The position numbers were made by a program, and so were the translations under genes. The notes below the pieces were generated by a model that made no database searches, was not told the origin of the DNA, and saw only the letters and a program-made list of their open reading frames with translations. Shown piece by piece: positions 18,311 through 28,685 of a stretch of DNA of 64,000 nt; position 1 is the stretch's first letter; each line of letters opens with the position of its first letter. The DNA is from a virus: the IMG/VR virus record IMGVR_UViG_3300045988_051365. One strand, given 5' to 3'.

Positions 18311-19885
18311 TTAGGACTTAGCTGTGATTAATCCATCTAATCTATTACCAGCTTCGTCGACAATAGAATAGTCACAGCTCCAACATGTATTTCCAAAATT
18401 CTTGTGAATCCATTCGGAACTTCCAAATAATGAACCAACTGACTTATAGGTAAATCTTCTACCGTAAGTGGTAGCTGACTGATGTAAATCTCCTTTTACA
18501 AAGACTACATTACCAGTGATGCCCTTATTGTCCAAATATTCATTGATGAAATTCTCTGTCTTCACGTCAAGAGTTAATGGTAGATTCTTGAACATGTCTT
18601 TATTATCTTTACCATGACACATTACATAGGTAGTTTCATTAAGAGTAAACTCTCCTATGAACTTGTCAAATACTTGACATTTAACATCAAACTGTTCTAA
18701 TACAGCAGCTAATGCTAAGTTAGCAGCATAACCAAAATCACCATCATGATTGGACTCGCCAACACAATAATAATACATATTGGTATGCTTTACATTCTCT
18801 ATCAGAGATTTAACAAAGCTAGTCATTAACTTAATATAAGTTTGCAATTGCTCCTTATTGCTCATGTTTTGAGCCAGTTCATGACCACCTCTTGTAGTTT
18901 GTCCATTATATCCGTCAAGAGAATCTCCAAGATTGCAGATAACTATATTCTCAAACCCACCACCAATGTAATAAGCTTCAGTATATACTCTCTTTATAAT
19001 CATGTCAAATCTCTTCTTCATTTCTTCTTCGTTATAAGGATTCTGATAAATAGATAGAGGAGACACTGTGGCTCCAGTATGAATATCAGACAACCATATG
19101 ATTAGGTCTTTGCCGTTAGAAATTGTCGGCATACGTCCCCAGTCATACAGATTATTGAAGTCTAGCCCTTCTATAAGAGCTTTGCCGTCAGCTATTTTAG
19201 CTTTCAGTTCGGCATTCTCCATGGCATACTTCTTAAGTAGTCGCTCGTTATTCTTGATGCGTTCTGCTTCTATGCCCCTTAGGAAGTCATTCTCCTTCTC
19301 CCTTAGTTGCATATCTTTAAGCTCGTCAATAGTATTCTCCTCAATAACATGAGGAGCAAATGGTGCTGCGGCTTTAGTAATATTGAAGACTTTGAGAATC
19401 TTCTTAAACTCCTCTAGAGAATATTCAGGGAAGCTACGACTTACTTCTCTTTGTGTTATGGATGAACCATAATAAGAGTAAAGTCTATGAATCATATTCA
19501 TTTCATCCCTAGTAAGACTGCCAGTAAATGGTGCTTTGTCTCTTAGCGGGATAGTGAATTGATACTTAACAATCTTACCTTCATCATTTCTGACCAATGT
19601 AATCTTGCCAGTACTAGTTTCCTCCTCTTCAGAAGATGTCACTTCTTCCGATTTAGAACGACGTATAATACCTCTCTTGCTAACCTTGTCATACAGACTC
19701 ATTATCACGTCGTAGGATTCCTTGTCGATACTGCCATCAGCTATATCTTTGTTTACTACCTGTTTCTTTACCCAGAAGTAATTCTGTGGAAGACCTACTT
19801 GTTCTGCATAGGCATTTAAACTAATGTTCTGTTTTAAAACTTCTTGTAAGTGATTGATTAGCTTGATAATTGTTGTTTCTCTCAT
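18311..19885 (-). CDS. Calcineurin-like metallophosphoesterase with N-terminal extension. Possibly Mre11/SbcD-like.
   Basis: MPP motifs LSDIHTG, NLGDSLDGYNG and GESNHDG. Confidence 0.7.
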   Translation of the reverse strand: MRETTIIKLINHLQEVLKQNISLNAYAEQVGLPQNYFWVKKQVVNKDIADGSIDKESYDVIMSLYDKVSKRGIIRRSKSEEVTSSEEEETSTGKITLVRNDEGKIVKYQFTIPLRDKAPFTGSLTRDEMNMIHRLYSYYGSSITQREVSRSFPEYSLEEFKKILKVFNITKAAAPFAPHVIEENTIDELKDMQLREKENDFLRGIEAERIKNNERLLKKYAMENAELKAKIADGKALIEGLDFNNLYDWGRMPTISNGKDLIIWLSDIHTGATVSPLSIYQNPYNEEEMKKRFDMIIKRVYTEAYYIGGGFENIVICNLGDSLDGYNGQTTRGGHELAQNMSNKEQLQTYIKLMTSFVKSLIENVKHTNMYYYCVGESNHDGDFGYAANLALAAVLEQFDVKCQVFDKFIGEFTLNETTYVMCHGKDNKDMFKNLPLTLDVKTENFINEYLDNKGITGNVVFVKGDLHQSATTYGRRFTYKSVGSLFGSSEWIHKNFGNTCWSCDYSIVDEAGNRLDGLITAKS

Positions 19886-19959
19886 TTCTGAGTTAAAATT
19901 AGATAGCCTTTCGGCGCTTATATAAAACCTAATCTCTTTTAGTTATGCACATCTGAATA

Positions 19960-20002
19960 AAAAGAAAAGGGACTACCTTATTCACATAAGATAATCCCTT
20001 TG
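19960..20002 (-). terminator. Candidate intrinsic terminator downstream of gene 20030..20566
   Basis: Minus-strand hairpin AAAGGGA...TCCCTTT followed by TCTTTTTATT. The loop is long (about 20 nt), so confidence is low. Confidence 0.3.
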
Positions 20003-20029
20003 ATATTTAAAGTCAATAGAAGTTAAATT

Positions 20030-20566
20030 TTATCCTTCGACCCCAAAGCAGATGTATGTACCTATCTTAGCTGATTTTGACGGAGTGTGTTTTACTTCAA
20101 AAGCACCGTCTTCGCCTTCAACTACAGCCTTGATGTACTTGCAATAGATATCGCCAGTATAACCTTTCTTAGTGTAAAGTTCCTTAGCGATTTCTTTGGC
20201 TTTAGTTTTAGTTTCAAAGTTCAAGAACAATACTTCACCAGTTGCAGGATTGATTCCCTGATAGCCAGTTTTGTATTTACGTTTACCTTTCTCGTTCTTG
20301 ATGTCACGCATAGTATAAGGACGTTCACGAGTATCAGCAGAACCTGCTTCAAATGTGATAGAACATCCGATGCCAGCAGCAAACTTAGTATGCTTAGCCA
20401 GATACTCTGCTTCAAATTCCTTCAAAGCTTTCTCTGAAATAGGTTTACCAGCTGTCTTCCATGCCTGAGTTGCATCACGAATTACTTGGAAAGGTGCTTG
20501 TGCGATTGCTTCTTGTTTAGTATAACCTTTTACTTCTACGTTCTTAAAATTTACTTGGTTTGTCAT
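20030..20566 (-). CDS. Hypothetical protein of 178 aa, probably highly expressed given its long structured leader. The start is trimmed to the ATG at 20566.
   Basis: The track ORF extends to 20767, but only MTNQVNFKN onward reads as protein. Confidence 0.5.
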   Translation of the reverse strand: MTNQVNFKNVEVKGYTKQEAIAQAPFQVIRDATQAWKTAGKPISEKALKEFEAEYLAKHTKFAAGIGCSITFEAGSADTRERPYTMRDIKNEKGKRKYKTGYQGINPATGEVLFLNFETKTKAKEIAKELYTKKGYTGDIYCKYIKAVVEGEDGAFEVKHTPSKSAKIGTYICFGVEG

Positions 20567-20697
20567 AATTAATTGGAATTTAAACATTAGTTCATTGTCA
20601 TATCTCTTTGTTATTGTAGTACAAAGGTACTGCTTTAATAGTAAACTACCAAACAGTTCTAATGCAAAATAATCTAAATTTAATTCTATTAATCTGA

Positions 20698-20714
20698 CTC
20701 TCCTTCGAGAGGAA
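20698..20714 (-). terminator. Short hairpin CTCTC-CTTC-GAGAG downstream of gene 20786..21043, within the long leader of gene 20030..20566
   Basis: Perfect 5-bp stem followed by an A/T-rich tract on the minus strand. Confidence 0.3.
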
Positions 20715-20785
20715 AGCGTTACAAAGATACTACATTTCTTGTAACTACACAAGTAAATTGCCAACAATTAGTGAGTTAATAAGAT

Positions 20786-21043
20786 TTAACTATTATCGTT
20801 TGGCGGAAAGCAAAATTCATTTTTAGTCATTTGCTCCCATGTGTCTCGACTTTCCTCGTAGAACTTGTCCACGATTTTGTCAGAGCGTTTCTCTATTAAT
20901 CCTGCTGCCCATAACAGCTGGTGGAAACGCATATCGGGATGTTTCCTGGCTAATACTTCCAAACTATGAATTATAGCCATGTTATTCAAATATCTGTCAT
21001 GTACCATAATTAAAATGGCGTTTCTGGCGTAGTAGGTTCCCAA
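20786..21043 (-). CDS. Hypothetical protein, 85 aa
   Basis: ORF. Confidence 0.45.
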   Translation of the reverse strand: MGTYYARNAILIMVHDRYLNNMAIIHSLEVLARKHPDMRFHQLLWAAGLIEKRSDKIVDKFYEESRDTWEQMTKNEFCFPPNDNS

Positions 21044-21402
21044 GGAAGCTCTTTATCAAGAATTTCATTAATCTTAGCAACCATATCTTTAGCCGATTTT
21101 AAATCAAATGTCAAGAACTCGGTAGTGTTTCTCATAAAATCATCACATATAACTGCGAGGCCTTTAAGAAGACCCTCCGAATTATGACTTTCTTTGCCCT
21201 GTCTAATCTTCTGGATTACTTGCCAAGTAGTTGCGTTAGGAGTTTTGTTCCTAGCTTGCTTAGTAAGAAAGCATATTAGTGATATTAAAGCGAACTTAGT
21301 TCCTATATCACAGGCCAGACATCCTAAACTGAAGTACTGCTTGTAGTATTCCTTCAAATCATTCATAGTAGGCTCATAGTATTCCATCAGCATCGTATCC
21401 AT
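21010..21402 (-). CDS. Hypothetical protein, 130 aa
   Basis: ORF. Confidence 0.45.
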   Translation of the reverse strand: MDTMLMEYYEPTMNDLKEYYKQYFSLGCLACDIGTKFALISLICFLTKQARNKTPNATTWQVIQKIRQGKESHNSEGLLKGLAVICDDFMRNTTEFLTFDLKSAKDMVAKINEILDKELPWEPTTPETPF

Positions 21403-22411
21403 AAAGCTCGTAATATGCTACACGCCTCAACAATGTAGTAAATTCAGTAAAACCCGACAACATATGACCATTATTAACAGGAAACACTCCAGACCTAAAA
21501 TCCGGAACTGTTGATACCACTAACATATTAGCCTTAAGTGTGGGCTTTGCCTTATATTCATTCTCTATGTACAATTTCAGCATCCACATATACATAGCCA
21601 TTTGCCTAGCATAGTGATACTTATCAAAGCTCTCATGAAACTTAGTGAGATAATGTCCACTAGTCTTCAAGTCATTGAGAACTAATTCATTCGACTCTGG
21701 ACTGTATGTAAAATTATCCAACTTAGCTTTTAGTTTGAGAACCTTACTAAGACCATTATGCTCAACAAGCACATCTATTAATAGTACAGACTCATTCTTG
21801 GAGATTGGCTTCTCTAATAAATAGTCTGGATTCAATAAGGATTGTATTTGTGGATTACATTCAACTGATACAATACATTCTCGTAGTTTGTCTCTAGATT
21901 TAGCATCAAGATAAATTGGAACCTTATCTGCAACATATTTGCTGCCCCACTCATAAGCTGTGCGTTGAGCATAATAGTTCTCGCATTTTATGCGCAGAGC
22001 ATCCATTTTGTCTTCATCCATTTTACCTTTATAATAGCTAATCTTGTCAGACGCTACTACTATCTCATCCTTAGTAACAACACCATTAGCTATAAATAAA
22101 GGATACAGCTCATCAGCCATGAATCCGGCTTTAGCTGTTGGTCTATCTACAGACTCTACAAGAATAAAAGACTCTGGTTGCAGTACTAATTCATGTACTG
22201 CCGAACCAAAGTACAGCGAATCGGAGTATCTTCCATCAGCACCCAGTCCTGCTAAATAAGCTTCTGGGCTACCTCCTTGTTCTGGGTTTATAAGCTTCAA
22301 TCTAGAATTACTAATGTAATCAGAATAAGCTTCACTGAAATACTCCTCATCACTTATCTCAAGGAACTTGATAGTTTCAATTAGTGGTGTAATTTTAATG
22401 TCTTTAAGCAT
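21374..22411 (-). CDS. PD-(D/E)xK recombination exonuclease, RecB/lambda-exo/Cas4-like
   Basis: LVLNDLKT matches the D-E-K core. ARQMAMY matches the RecB-family QxxxY motif. Confidence 0.55.
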   Translation of the reverse strand: MLKDIKITPLIETIKFLEISDEEYFSEAYSDYISNSRLKLINPEQGGSPEAYLAGLGADGRYSDSLYFGSAVHELVLQPESFILVESVDRPTAKAGFMADELYPLFIANGVVTKDEIVVASDKISYYKGKMDEDKMDALRIKCENYYAQRTAYEWGSKYVADKVPIYLDAKSRDKLRECIVSVECNPQIQSLLNPDYLLEKPISKNESVLLIDVLVEHNGLSKVLKLKAKLDNFTYSPESNELVLNDLKTSGHYLTKFHESFDKYHYARQMAMYMWMLKLYIENEYKAKPTLKANMLVVSTVPDFRSGVFPVNNGHMLSGFTEFTTLLRRVAYYELYGYDADGIL

Positions 22412-22907
22412 AACTCCTCATGAATTGATAAGCATCTATAATCTCATCTTTACATAAGGAGAATACTTTAAACATAGGAAAGTCAATAGTCCTTTCTGTA
22501 TGCATTAATAATGCAGGCAGTCCAGAACGTTGACATTTTAGTACGTTACTTAAAGAATCGTCAATAAAGACATCCACTTTACCTTTAATCATATCAGCCT
22601 TATTACCGTGTTGGTAATACATTTGATAGACTGGTCTATCTGGGAATCCATTTCGTCTTAGCCATTCTTTAGTCCAAGTTTTATTGTTTACACGTTTAGT
22701 GCAATATAATTCCGGAACAAAATCAGGTCTGTTAACTACTTTGAGATTTAACCAGAAGTCTCTGTCCTTACTAAGAATACGTTGTACATTCCTAGTAATC
22801 ATGCTATCTTCAAGCATACGTGGATTACTAGCTGTATCGAAGTACTCACAGTAAGCACCCCAAAAGTCAGCTAGACAATCGTCAATATCTAAACCTATTC
22901 TAAACAT
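22404..22907 (-). CDS. 5'(3')-deoxyribonucleotidase (HAD superfamily)
   Basis: N-terminal IGLDIDDCLADF (DxDx[T/V]-LADF), typical of the NT5C family. Confidence 0.7.
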   Translation of the reverse strand: MFRIGLDIDDCLADFWGAYCEYFDTASNPRMLEDSMITRNVQRILSKDRDFWLNLKVVNRPDFVPELYCTKRVNNKTWTKEWLRRNGFPDRPVYQMYYQHGNKADMIKGKVDVFIDDSLSNVLKCQRSGLPALLMHTERTIDFPMFKVFSLCKDEIIDAYQFMRSYA

Positions 22908-22926
22908 TCATTGTCATCTTGTACGA

Positions 22927-23148
22927 CTAGAACTCTTCTATATCGTATATGTCACCAATAATTATCTCTTTGTCTTTAGCCATAGTACCTGCCAGTTCAT
23001 CATAATCACCTGGAGGGTCTATGTCATAATCTGTAATGAATAAGTCAATAAACTTATCCTCAGCTTCTGTAAAGCTTCTAGCTCTTACCTTCTCTAGCCA
23101 TAAATCACCGTCGTCCAGACTATAACAAGGCAGAATATAAGTGTTCAT
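22927..23148 (-). CDS. Hypothetical protein, 73 aa (TAG stop)
   Basis: ORF. Confidence 0.4.
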   Translation of the reverse strand: MNTYILPCYSLDDGDLWLEKVRARSFTEAEDKFIDLFITDYDIDPPGDYDELAGTMAKDKEIIIGDIYDIEEF

Positions 23149-23259
23149 CAGCAGATATAATAATTAAATGATTCAAGATTTAGTAAGTCAAGATGTGAAT
23201 ATATCAAATTTGCCATAGGATATTCTAATCAAGCATTACTAAACAAAGAAAGCCACAGA

Positions 23260-23655
23260 TTACTCCGTAGCCTTCTTAATAAGTTCATAAAAGAAATCTT
23301 TACTCATCATAACGTATTCTCCGTCAGAGCCCATGTTTACTCCCTTGTCAATCTGCTTGTTCCAGATTATTACTAAGGGTCTGTCTTTACGACCACATGT
23401 TTTGATAATTTCAGCAATAGACGGTGTGTTCTTAGTACATTTACATTGTACGTAACATGGCAATTTGTCCTCGGTTTCAGCTATGTCAATTTTAGCATCG
23501 TCCAGATTCTTGGACTCACTACGAGATGACTTTAGGCCTTTATAACCAAGTCCTATCAATTCCTTAATAATCTTAAGTTCATAATTATTACCTTTACGTT
23601 TAGCATATGCACCGTTACGTTTCTTCTTCGGTTTTACTTCTTCAGTGTTCTCCAT
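23260..23655 (-). CDS. Holliday junction resolvase, archaeal Hjc-like PD-(D/E)xK
   Basis: KGNNYELKIIKELIGLGY...DDAKIDIAETEDKLPCYVQCK fits the Hjc pattern G..E...L...G...D.....E.K. Confidence 0.55.
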   Translation of the reverse strand: MENTEEVKPKKKRNGAYAKRKGNNYELKIIKELIGLGYKGLKSSRSESKNLDDAKIDIAETEDKLPCYVQCKCTKNTPSIAEIIKTCGRKDRPLVIIWNKQIDKGVNMGSDGEYVMMSKDFFYELIKKATE

Positions 23656-24638
23656 GCCCTTTCAATTAAATTAAGTGTCTTCTCTCTACCATATTTAGCA
23701 TGAAAGTCAGATATATCTTTAGCTCCATAAGACCTAGGAATGAAGATGCAGTCTATGTTAAACTTCTTTCTTATCTGGTTCATGTTATGAATGCCAGGCA
23801 AGTCATTATCATAGAATACAACTATCTTCTTAAATCTTTTACTCAACTTCTCGAATTGAGATTCAGTTAAGAATAAATTCTCTGAATTAGGAGCTATTGC
23901 AGTAATTCCTAAAGAATATAGACACATAACGTCTTTCATACTCTTAGTAACTACTAACAAATCGCCTTCTGCCGGAAGCTGATGTGCTCCCTGTAACATG
24001 ATAGACTTCCAGTTAGATAGAAACCGTGTAGTTCCTCTTTCTCTAAATGGAAAGTAGATTCTCCATAACTCAACCCCTTTATCGTTCTTACCACGATAAT
24101 AGCCAAACATGGGATTCTGTGGACCAGTAGTGGCATAATAACTGCCATTTAAATAGACAGCCTTGCAAGAATAGACTCTGAATCTCTTCAGAATCTCCTT
24201 AGTAATGCCATATTGTGCCCACCACTGTAGTTCAGATTCAGTGAACTCTTGTACATCAGCTCTTATAATCGCAGGTCCATCGTCCTTAAATTCAGACTTA
24301 CTTGCGACTACAGGCTTATTGTTCTTAGGTAACGTTTTATGAGTTATATAGCCAAAGTCGTTAGCAATTATTTGCAATGCTTTATAATAAGTACAACTAT
24401 ACTTATACATAACCACACTAATGAAATTACCATAGAACTGTCCGCTGAAGTCATTGAATATGATGTCTCCAGACGCATTCCTATAAAAGGAACACGTAGG
24501 AGAATTATCATTTCTCAACGGAGATTTAAACAACCCTTTCTTAACTGGGATTCCTAGATAGTACTCAAGATAAGTTTCCTGAGTCTGCCTTTCAAGTAAA
24601 TACTTCTTAGTAATTTTAGGTTCATATTCCAATACCAT
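23634..24638 (-). CDS. DNA primase (Toprim domain)
   Basis: LLVVTKSMKDVMCLYSLGITAIA and IVVFYDNDLPG resemble Toprim E...DxD. It lies upstream of the DnaB-like helicase. Confidence 0.5.
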   Translation of the reverse strand: MVLEYEPKITKKYLLERQTQETYLEYYLGIPVKKGLFKSPLRNDNSPTCSFYRNASGDIIFNDFSGQFYGNFISVVMYKYSCTYYKALQIIANDFGYITHKTLPKNNKPVVASKSEFKDDGPAIIRADVQEFTESELQWWAQYGITKEILKRFRVYSCKAVYLNGSYYATTGPQNPMFGYYRGKNDKGVELWRIYFPFRERGTTRFLSNWKSIMLQGAHQLPAEGDLLVVTKSMKDVMCLYSLGITAIAPNSENLFLTESQFEKLSKRFKKIVVFYDNDLPGIHNMNQIRKKFNIDCIFIPRSYGAKDISDFHAKYGREKTLNLIERAWRTLKK

Positions 24639-24685
24639 ATTATTTCAATGTTTAATGTTTGAACCTCAAATTTACTAATTAATTA

Positions 24686-25369
24686 TTACACTTCAAAGTC
24701 AAGGTCTGCGTTATCTGTGGCTGCATCATTAGATGCTGCAAAATCGTCAGAACTTGTACCAGGCATGTCAGTAGGGCCGTTACTCTTCTGTTTATTCATC
24801 TGACTGATTTCATAGTCAGAGAAGAATACTTTGTCTCCTAACCAGTTGTTAGAGATATATGCATCACCTGCTTTACTGATATTGACGAAATAAGGCAGAC
24901 AAGGTTCGCCTTTCTTATTAGCAATCAGCTTCAGATTAGTATGCTTATTAACTGCATCCTTAGTGATGTCGGCAAATGTCTTTACCAATTTCTCAAACTC
25001 TTCCGGAAGAGCAAAAGTTTTAGTTTTAAATGCTTCATATTTCTTAGGAGCAAGTTGTTCTCCAATATGAGCTAACATAAATTTAAACTTCTCAAAGTTG
25101 GACGGACTTTCACGTTCAACTCCATTGTTAGAGCTTACTTGTCTTACATCATCTCCCTCTTTAGGACAGAATACTGTTTCTTCATAAACACCATTCTCAT
25201 TCTCGAATGAAATTCTCATGGTTTTGTACACTGCGTCAGGGTCTTTCTTACCCTTAAACTCATTAAATGTTATTCCCTTGAAGATAACATCGTGGATTTC
25301 CCATGGTTTCAGTCTTGGTTTAATAGATGATGTACCGTTCGTGTTTGTTAAGTTGAAATTCATTGACAT
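24686..25369 (-). CDS. Single-stranded DNA-binding protein-like, with acidic C-terminal tail
   Basis: Ends in the acidic tail DNADLDFEV. Position between primase and helicase fits. Confidence 0.45.
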   Translation of the reverse strand: MSMNFNLTNTNGTSSIKPRLKPWEIHDVIFKGITFNEFKGKKDPDAVYKTMRISFENENGVYEETVFCPKEGDDVRQVSSNNGVERESPSNFEKFKFMLAHIGEQLAPKKYEAFKTKTFALPEEFEKLVKTFADITKDAVNKHTNLKLIANKKGEPCLPYFVNISKAGDAYISNNWLGDKVFFSDYEISQMNKQKSNGPTDMPGTSSDDFAASNDAATDNADLDFEV

Positions 25370-25381
25370 AGTTTATAAGTA

Positions 25382-25942
25382 TTAAAGTTCAAAAGTTAAT
25401 GGGTCAATCTCTTTAGCTGACTCATCTCCAATCTCTGTGTCTAACGGCAAATCAATGTTGTCGCTTTCATCTTCTAATACCTCTATGTTATCTACTTCAG
25501 GCTCTTCCGGCCTTTCAGCATTACCAACTAATACGAAGAGGTCGTCTTGACCTTTCATCGTAGTTACTGTAAATGTATCGCCATACTGACGTAGCATGTC
25601 ATTAGCTTTACCTCTACAGCTGACAGACAGACTCTTAGTAAGTTTGTTTCCACCTTTGGTTCCAAAGGCTTCATCAGTTCCTATAACGGGGAAAGTGATT
25701 CCGTCAATTTTCTGATATTTAATACTAAGTCTATCTTCCCAAGCAACTCCCATTAATTGGGCAGCTGCTTTATTAAGTATGTACTTGTTAGGGTCTAGGG
25801 TAATTTGCGGTTCAGATGTCTCTGGAACCTCTTCCTTGACTGTTCTAGTCTTTACTTCTTCTTTGACAATTTCCTGCTTTAGAGATTTATACTCTCCAGT
25901 AGCTGGGTCAAAGTCCAAAGTTAACAGCATTTTAACTATCAT
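25382..25942 (-). CDS. Hypothetical acidic protein with an SSB-like C-terminal tail
   Basis: C-terminus DPLTFEL resembles the neighbouring protein's DLDFEV tail. Confidence 0.45.
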   Translation of the reverse strand: MIVKMLLTLDFDPATGEYKSLKQEIVKEEVKTRTVKEEVPETSEPQITLDPNKYILNKAAAQLMGVAWEDRLSIKYQKIDGITFPVIGTDEAFGTKGGNKLTKSLSVSCRGKANDMLRQYGDTFTVTTMKGQDDLFVLVGNAERPEEPEVDNIEVLEDESDNIDLPLDTEIGDESAKEIDPLTFEL

Positions 25943-26631
25943 TCTCCGTATTCAAATTTATTGATTGTGTCAATCACCATCTTCATATTAGGTTCAACAT
26001 ATAAATCAGGGAAACATCCTGCGGTACTTCTACAAGTATCTGGACCAAGTGACCTTGTTCTGAATTTATAGTCAACCTCTTCATCATTTACAATCTTCTC
26101 TGCATACAGCAAATAATTAAACAGTCCATCTATATTAACAGACCTATCCAACATCTTTCCAGTAGTAAATAACTTATATTTAGGGTCATAGTCGTTACCG
26201 TCATTTACAATATGAGATATGAACACTACAATTAAATCCTCTCTAAGAGTCATAGCCTTCATTATTAAATCATAATAGTGCTTTGCAAAGTCAATATGCT
26301 TATCATATCCTTTCTCCGCACTTCTAGACATCACCTCTTGTGAAAGAAGATAATTACTATCGTCAATTACTAAGACCTTAATCTCTGGCATTTTAACATT
26401 AACTACATTCATGATGTTCATCACTTTGGCAAATTCATTGCTGAAATACCAATTTCCAACATAGTTCTTGTCTTTGTCCTGAGTTAGCTTCTTGTAATTC
26501 TTCCTAAATCCTGGAATTGATAATTGTTTAGGAGTACAGCTAATGATAAATGTCTCCTTTGGGTTTAAATACTGTAGGGAACTAGACTTACCACTTCCCG
26601 AAAATCCTCCAAGTCCTATAATTTGGCTCAT
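25939..26631 (-). CDS. P-loop NTPase. Possibly a RecA-like/Sak4-like recombination ATPase or helicase loader.
   Basis: Walker A GLGGFSGSGKSS. Walker B VLVIDDSNYL. Confidence 0.55.
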   Translation of the reverse strand: MSQIIGLGGFSGSGKSSSLQYLNPKETFIISCTPKQLSIPGFRKNYKKLTQDKDKNYVGNWYFSNEFAKVMNIMNVVNVKMPEIKVLVIDDSNYLLSQEVMSRSAEKGYDKHIDFAKHYYDLIMKAMTLREDLIVVFISHIVNDGNDYDPKYKLFTTGKMLDRSVNIDGLFNYLLYAEKIVNDEEVDYKFRTRSLGPDTCRSTAGCFPDLYVEPNMKMVIDTINKFEYGE

Positions 26632-26635
26632 TAAA

Positions 26636-27727
26636 TCATAATGTTATGGTTACGCGTAAATCATCTTTCTTAGTTCGTTCTATCTCGACTTCCCTGTCTG
26701 GGAAATCAATAATAGTCCAATCTGGATTCTTATACTTGTCATAATCATTGATTTCAGACGCAGACGGAAGCTCTTTAAAGATACCACACCTACCATAAAA
26801 TCCTACACCAATGGCTACGTCAGACGCACCAAATCTATTCTTAAGAACCAATAATGACCTGAAACCATCCTTTAGCTCTTTAATGCAATATCCTCTATAT
26901 GTAGACAATTTGCTTCTAAATGGATTAAATAATACCAATACTACATTGGCATCCTCACTCGGAGAACCACTCTCTTTTAAATCTGACAAATCAGGTTCTT
27001 GCAAGCCTTGTTTTAGTCGTTCTGCATTATTAGCATTTCTATTGAACTGCATAATATTGATTGGAGATATCTTACATTTATTTCTAAATGAGACACCATA
27101 TGCCGATATTGTATCAATCTCCTCTTTCTTGCTACGACCCAACTGTGGTCTCACTAAGCCTAAGTGGTCAGTAATTACTGCGATAATTTGTTTCGGATTA
27201 TTAAGTTCATAAGTATCTTCATCAACAAAGGTTCCAAATTTCTTTAAATCCTCTATGATTAGAGACTTATACTTCTCTGAATTGAGAGTGCCGTCATGTA
27301 TTATTAGTCTGTCCTCTATAGATTCTAGCCATGGAATACATTCCTGTACTAACTCATAATCCTCATTAGAGAGTGTAGAGTCCTTGCCTCTAGACAATAA
27401 CTCTTTAAAAGATATTTGTTTACCATATGTCTCATATATATGAAGAGAGAGCAATTTAGCAAGTAACTGCTCAGCACTCATCTCCAAAGAGAATATAATA
27501 AACTGAACATCCTTATCAGAATCAGAGTCCAGTAGAGCCTTATATATAAAGGAGTGAAGCACGAAACTAGTCTTACCGTTACCAGTTCCTGCGGCAATCA
27601 GGTAATAGGTCTCTTGAGTTAATCCGTCAATTATATGCTCCAGCTTAGGCATTCCAAGTGATAACCCTTGATTGTCACCTTCTCTACCTCTTTTGATAAG
27701 TTCGATTAGTCTGCTAGTATATGTCAT
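26636..27727 (-). CDS. Replicative DNA helicase, DnaB-like
   Basis: Walker A IAAGTGNGKTSF. DnaB-like IIAVITDHLGLVRP. Confidence 0.75.
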   Translation of the reverse strand: MTYTSRLIELIKRGREGDNQGLSLGMPKLEHIIDGLTQETYYLIAAGTGNGKTSFVLHSFIYKALLDSDSDKDVQFIIFSLEMSAEQLLAKLLSLHIYETYGKQISFKELLSRGKDSTLSNEDYELVQECIPWLESIEDRLIIHDGTLNSEKYKSLIIEDLKKFGTFVDEDTYELNNPKQIIAVITDHLGLVRPQLGRSKKEEIDTISAYGVSFRNKCKISPINIMQFNRNANNAERLKQGLQEPDLSDLKESGSPSEDANVVLVLFNPFRSKLSTYRGYCIKELKDGFRSLLVLKNRFGASDVAIGVGFYGRCGIFKELPSASEINDYDKYKNPDWTIIDFPDREVEIERTKKDDLRVTITL

Positions 27728-28347
27728 AGTTCCGTCATAGTATCAAACACTAATTCTTCATATGTTCCATCTTTAAACTTCTCGATGCCTTCCCAAGCCT
27801 TAGACATTATAAAGTCAGCAATGTTGACATTTATCAGATTACATTTGTTCTGCTTAGCCCAATTGACTAACTCTATCACTCTTTTATGATTCTCAAGTTT
27901 CCATCCTATATTCTTGCCATATCTAAAGAACATATCTTCCAAAGTGTTAAACTTCTTAGACCAGTTCTTTAAACTATACTCCCTACCATTAATAATGACA
28001 ATATCTGGGTATGCTTCCCAGAACTCTCCTCCCAGGTCTCCGGAATACTTTCTATAATTCTTAATGAAGTTTTCATTAAAGATTACAGATTCAGGGTCAA
28101 ACGTCTGACCCTCTGCGGGAATTTTATACTTCTTAGTAATGACTCCCTTCACCTGTAGACTTAATAATACGTCTCTAAGGCGGGTTTTAGTTATTGGCAT
28201 TCCCAGATATCGGATGAGGGAGTCTTTATGTCCCTCTTCTGGTTGTGCCAAGAATAGCAACTCAATCATTAACAACTCCTCAGCAGTAAGCCTATACTGC
28301 TCCATTATTAACAACTGATTCTCTATTGTTAAACTTAATTTCTCCAA
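27724..28347 (-). CDS. Hypothetical protein. Possible helicase loader or replication initiation factor.
   Basis: ORF coupled to the helicase gene. The call rests on position only. Confidence 0.4.
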   Translation of the reverse strand: MEKLSLTIENQLLIMEQYRLTAEELLMIELLFLAQPEEGHKDSLIRYLGMPITKTRLRDVLLSLQVKGVITKKYKIPAEGQTFDPESVIFNENFIKNYRKYSGDLGGEFWEAYPDIVIINGREYSLKNWSKKFNTLEDMFFRYGKNIGWKLENHKRVIELVNWAKQNKCNLINVNIADFIMSKAWEGIEKFKDGTYEELVFDTMTEL

Positions 28348-28400
28348 GCGTATTGATTAATAAGTAAATAACTTACTAATCTATCAGCTGTGATACTTTG

Positions 28401-28625
28401 TTATTCTGATTTCTCAGTGTCCTCAATCACATAAGCTTCGCCTGCTACTTCGTAAGGAGCTATAAACTCTTTAAAGAGTTCTGTCTGCCTTGCTACCATA
28501 GCCTTGACGTCATAGATTCCACCTTCAAATTCAATTTCACCGTTTTCGTTGACACCACTAGCATGAATGATACTATCAAACGTGTTAGTAAGCATTACAA
28601 GTTCAAGCAATCTTTCAGTTGTCAT
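28401..28625 (-). CDS. Hypothetical protein, 74 aa
   Basis: ORF. Confidence 0.4.
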   Translation of the reverse strand: MTTERLLELVMLTNTFDSIIHASGVNENGEIEFEGGIYDVKAMVARQTELFKEFIAPYEVAGEAYVIEDTEKSE

Positions 28626-28685
28626 GTAATTTTAACCGTTAAGGATTACAAAGATACGATAATCTTGTTACATTTCAAAACGAAT

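Noticed and set aside
18311-19885. Assignment of the metallophosphoesterase as DatZ-like dATPase (Z-genome accessory)
   Set aside because: DatZ is an HD-domain enzyme. This protein has calcineurin-like GD/GDxxD/GNHD motifs instead, so it is more likely an Mre11/SbcD-type nuclease or another phosphoesterase.
20567-20767. N-terminal 67 residues of track ORF 20030..20767
   Set aside because: That segment translates through stop-free AT-rich leader containing a hairpin and reads as non-protein (SYKKCSIFVTLSSRRRVRL...). The gene most plausibly starts at the ATG at 20566 (MTNQVNFKN...).
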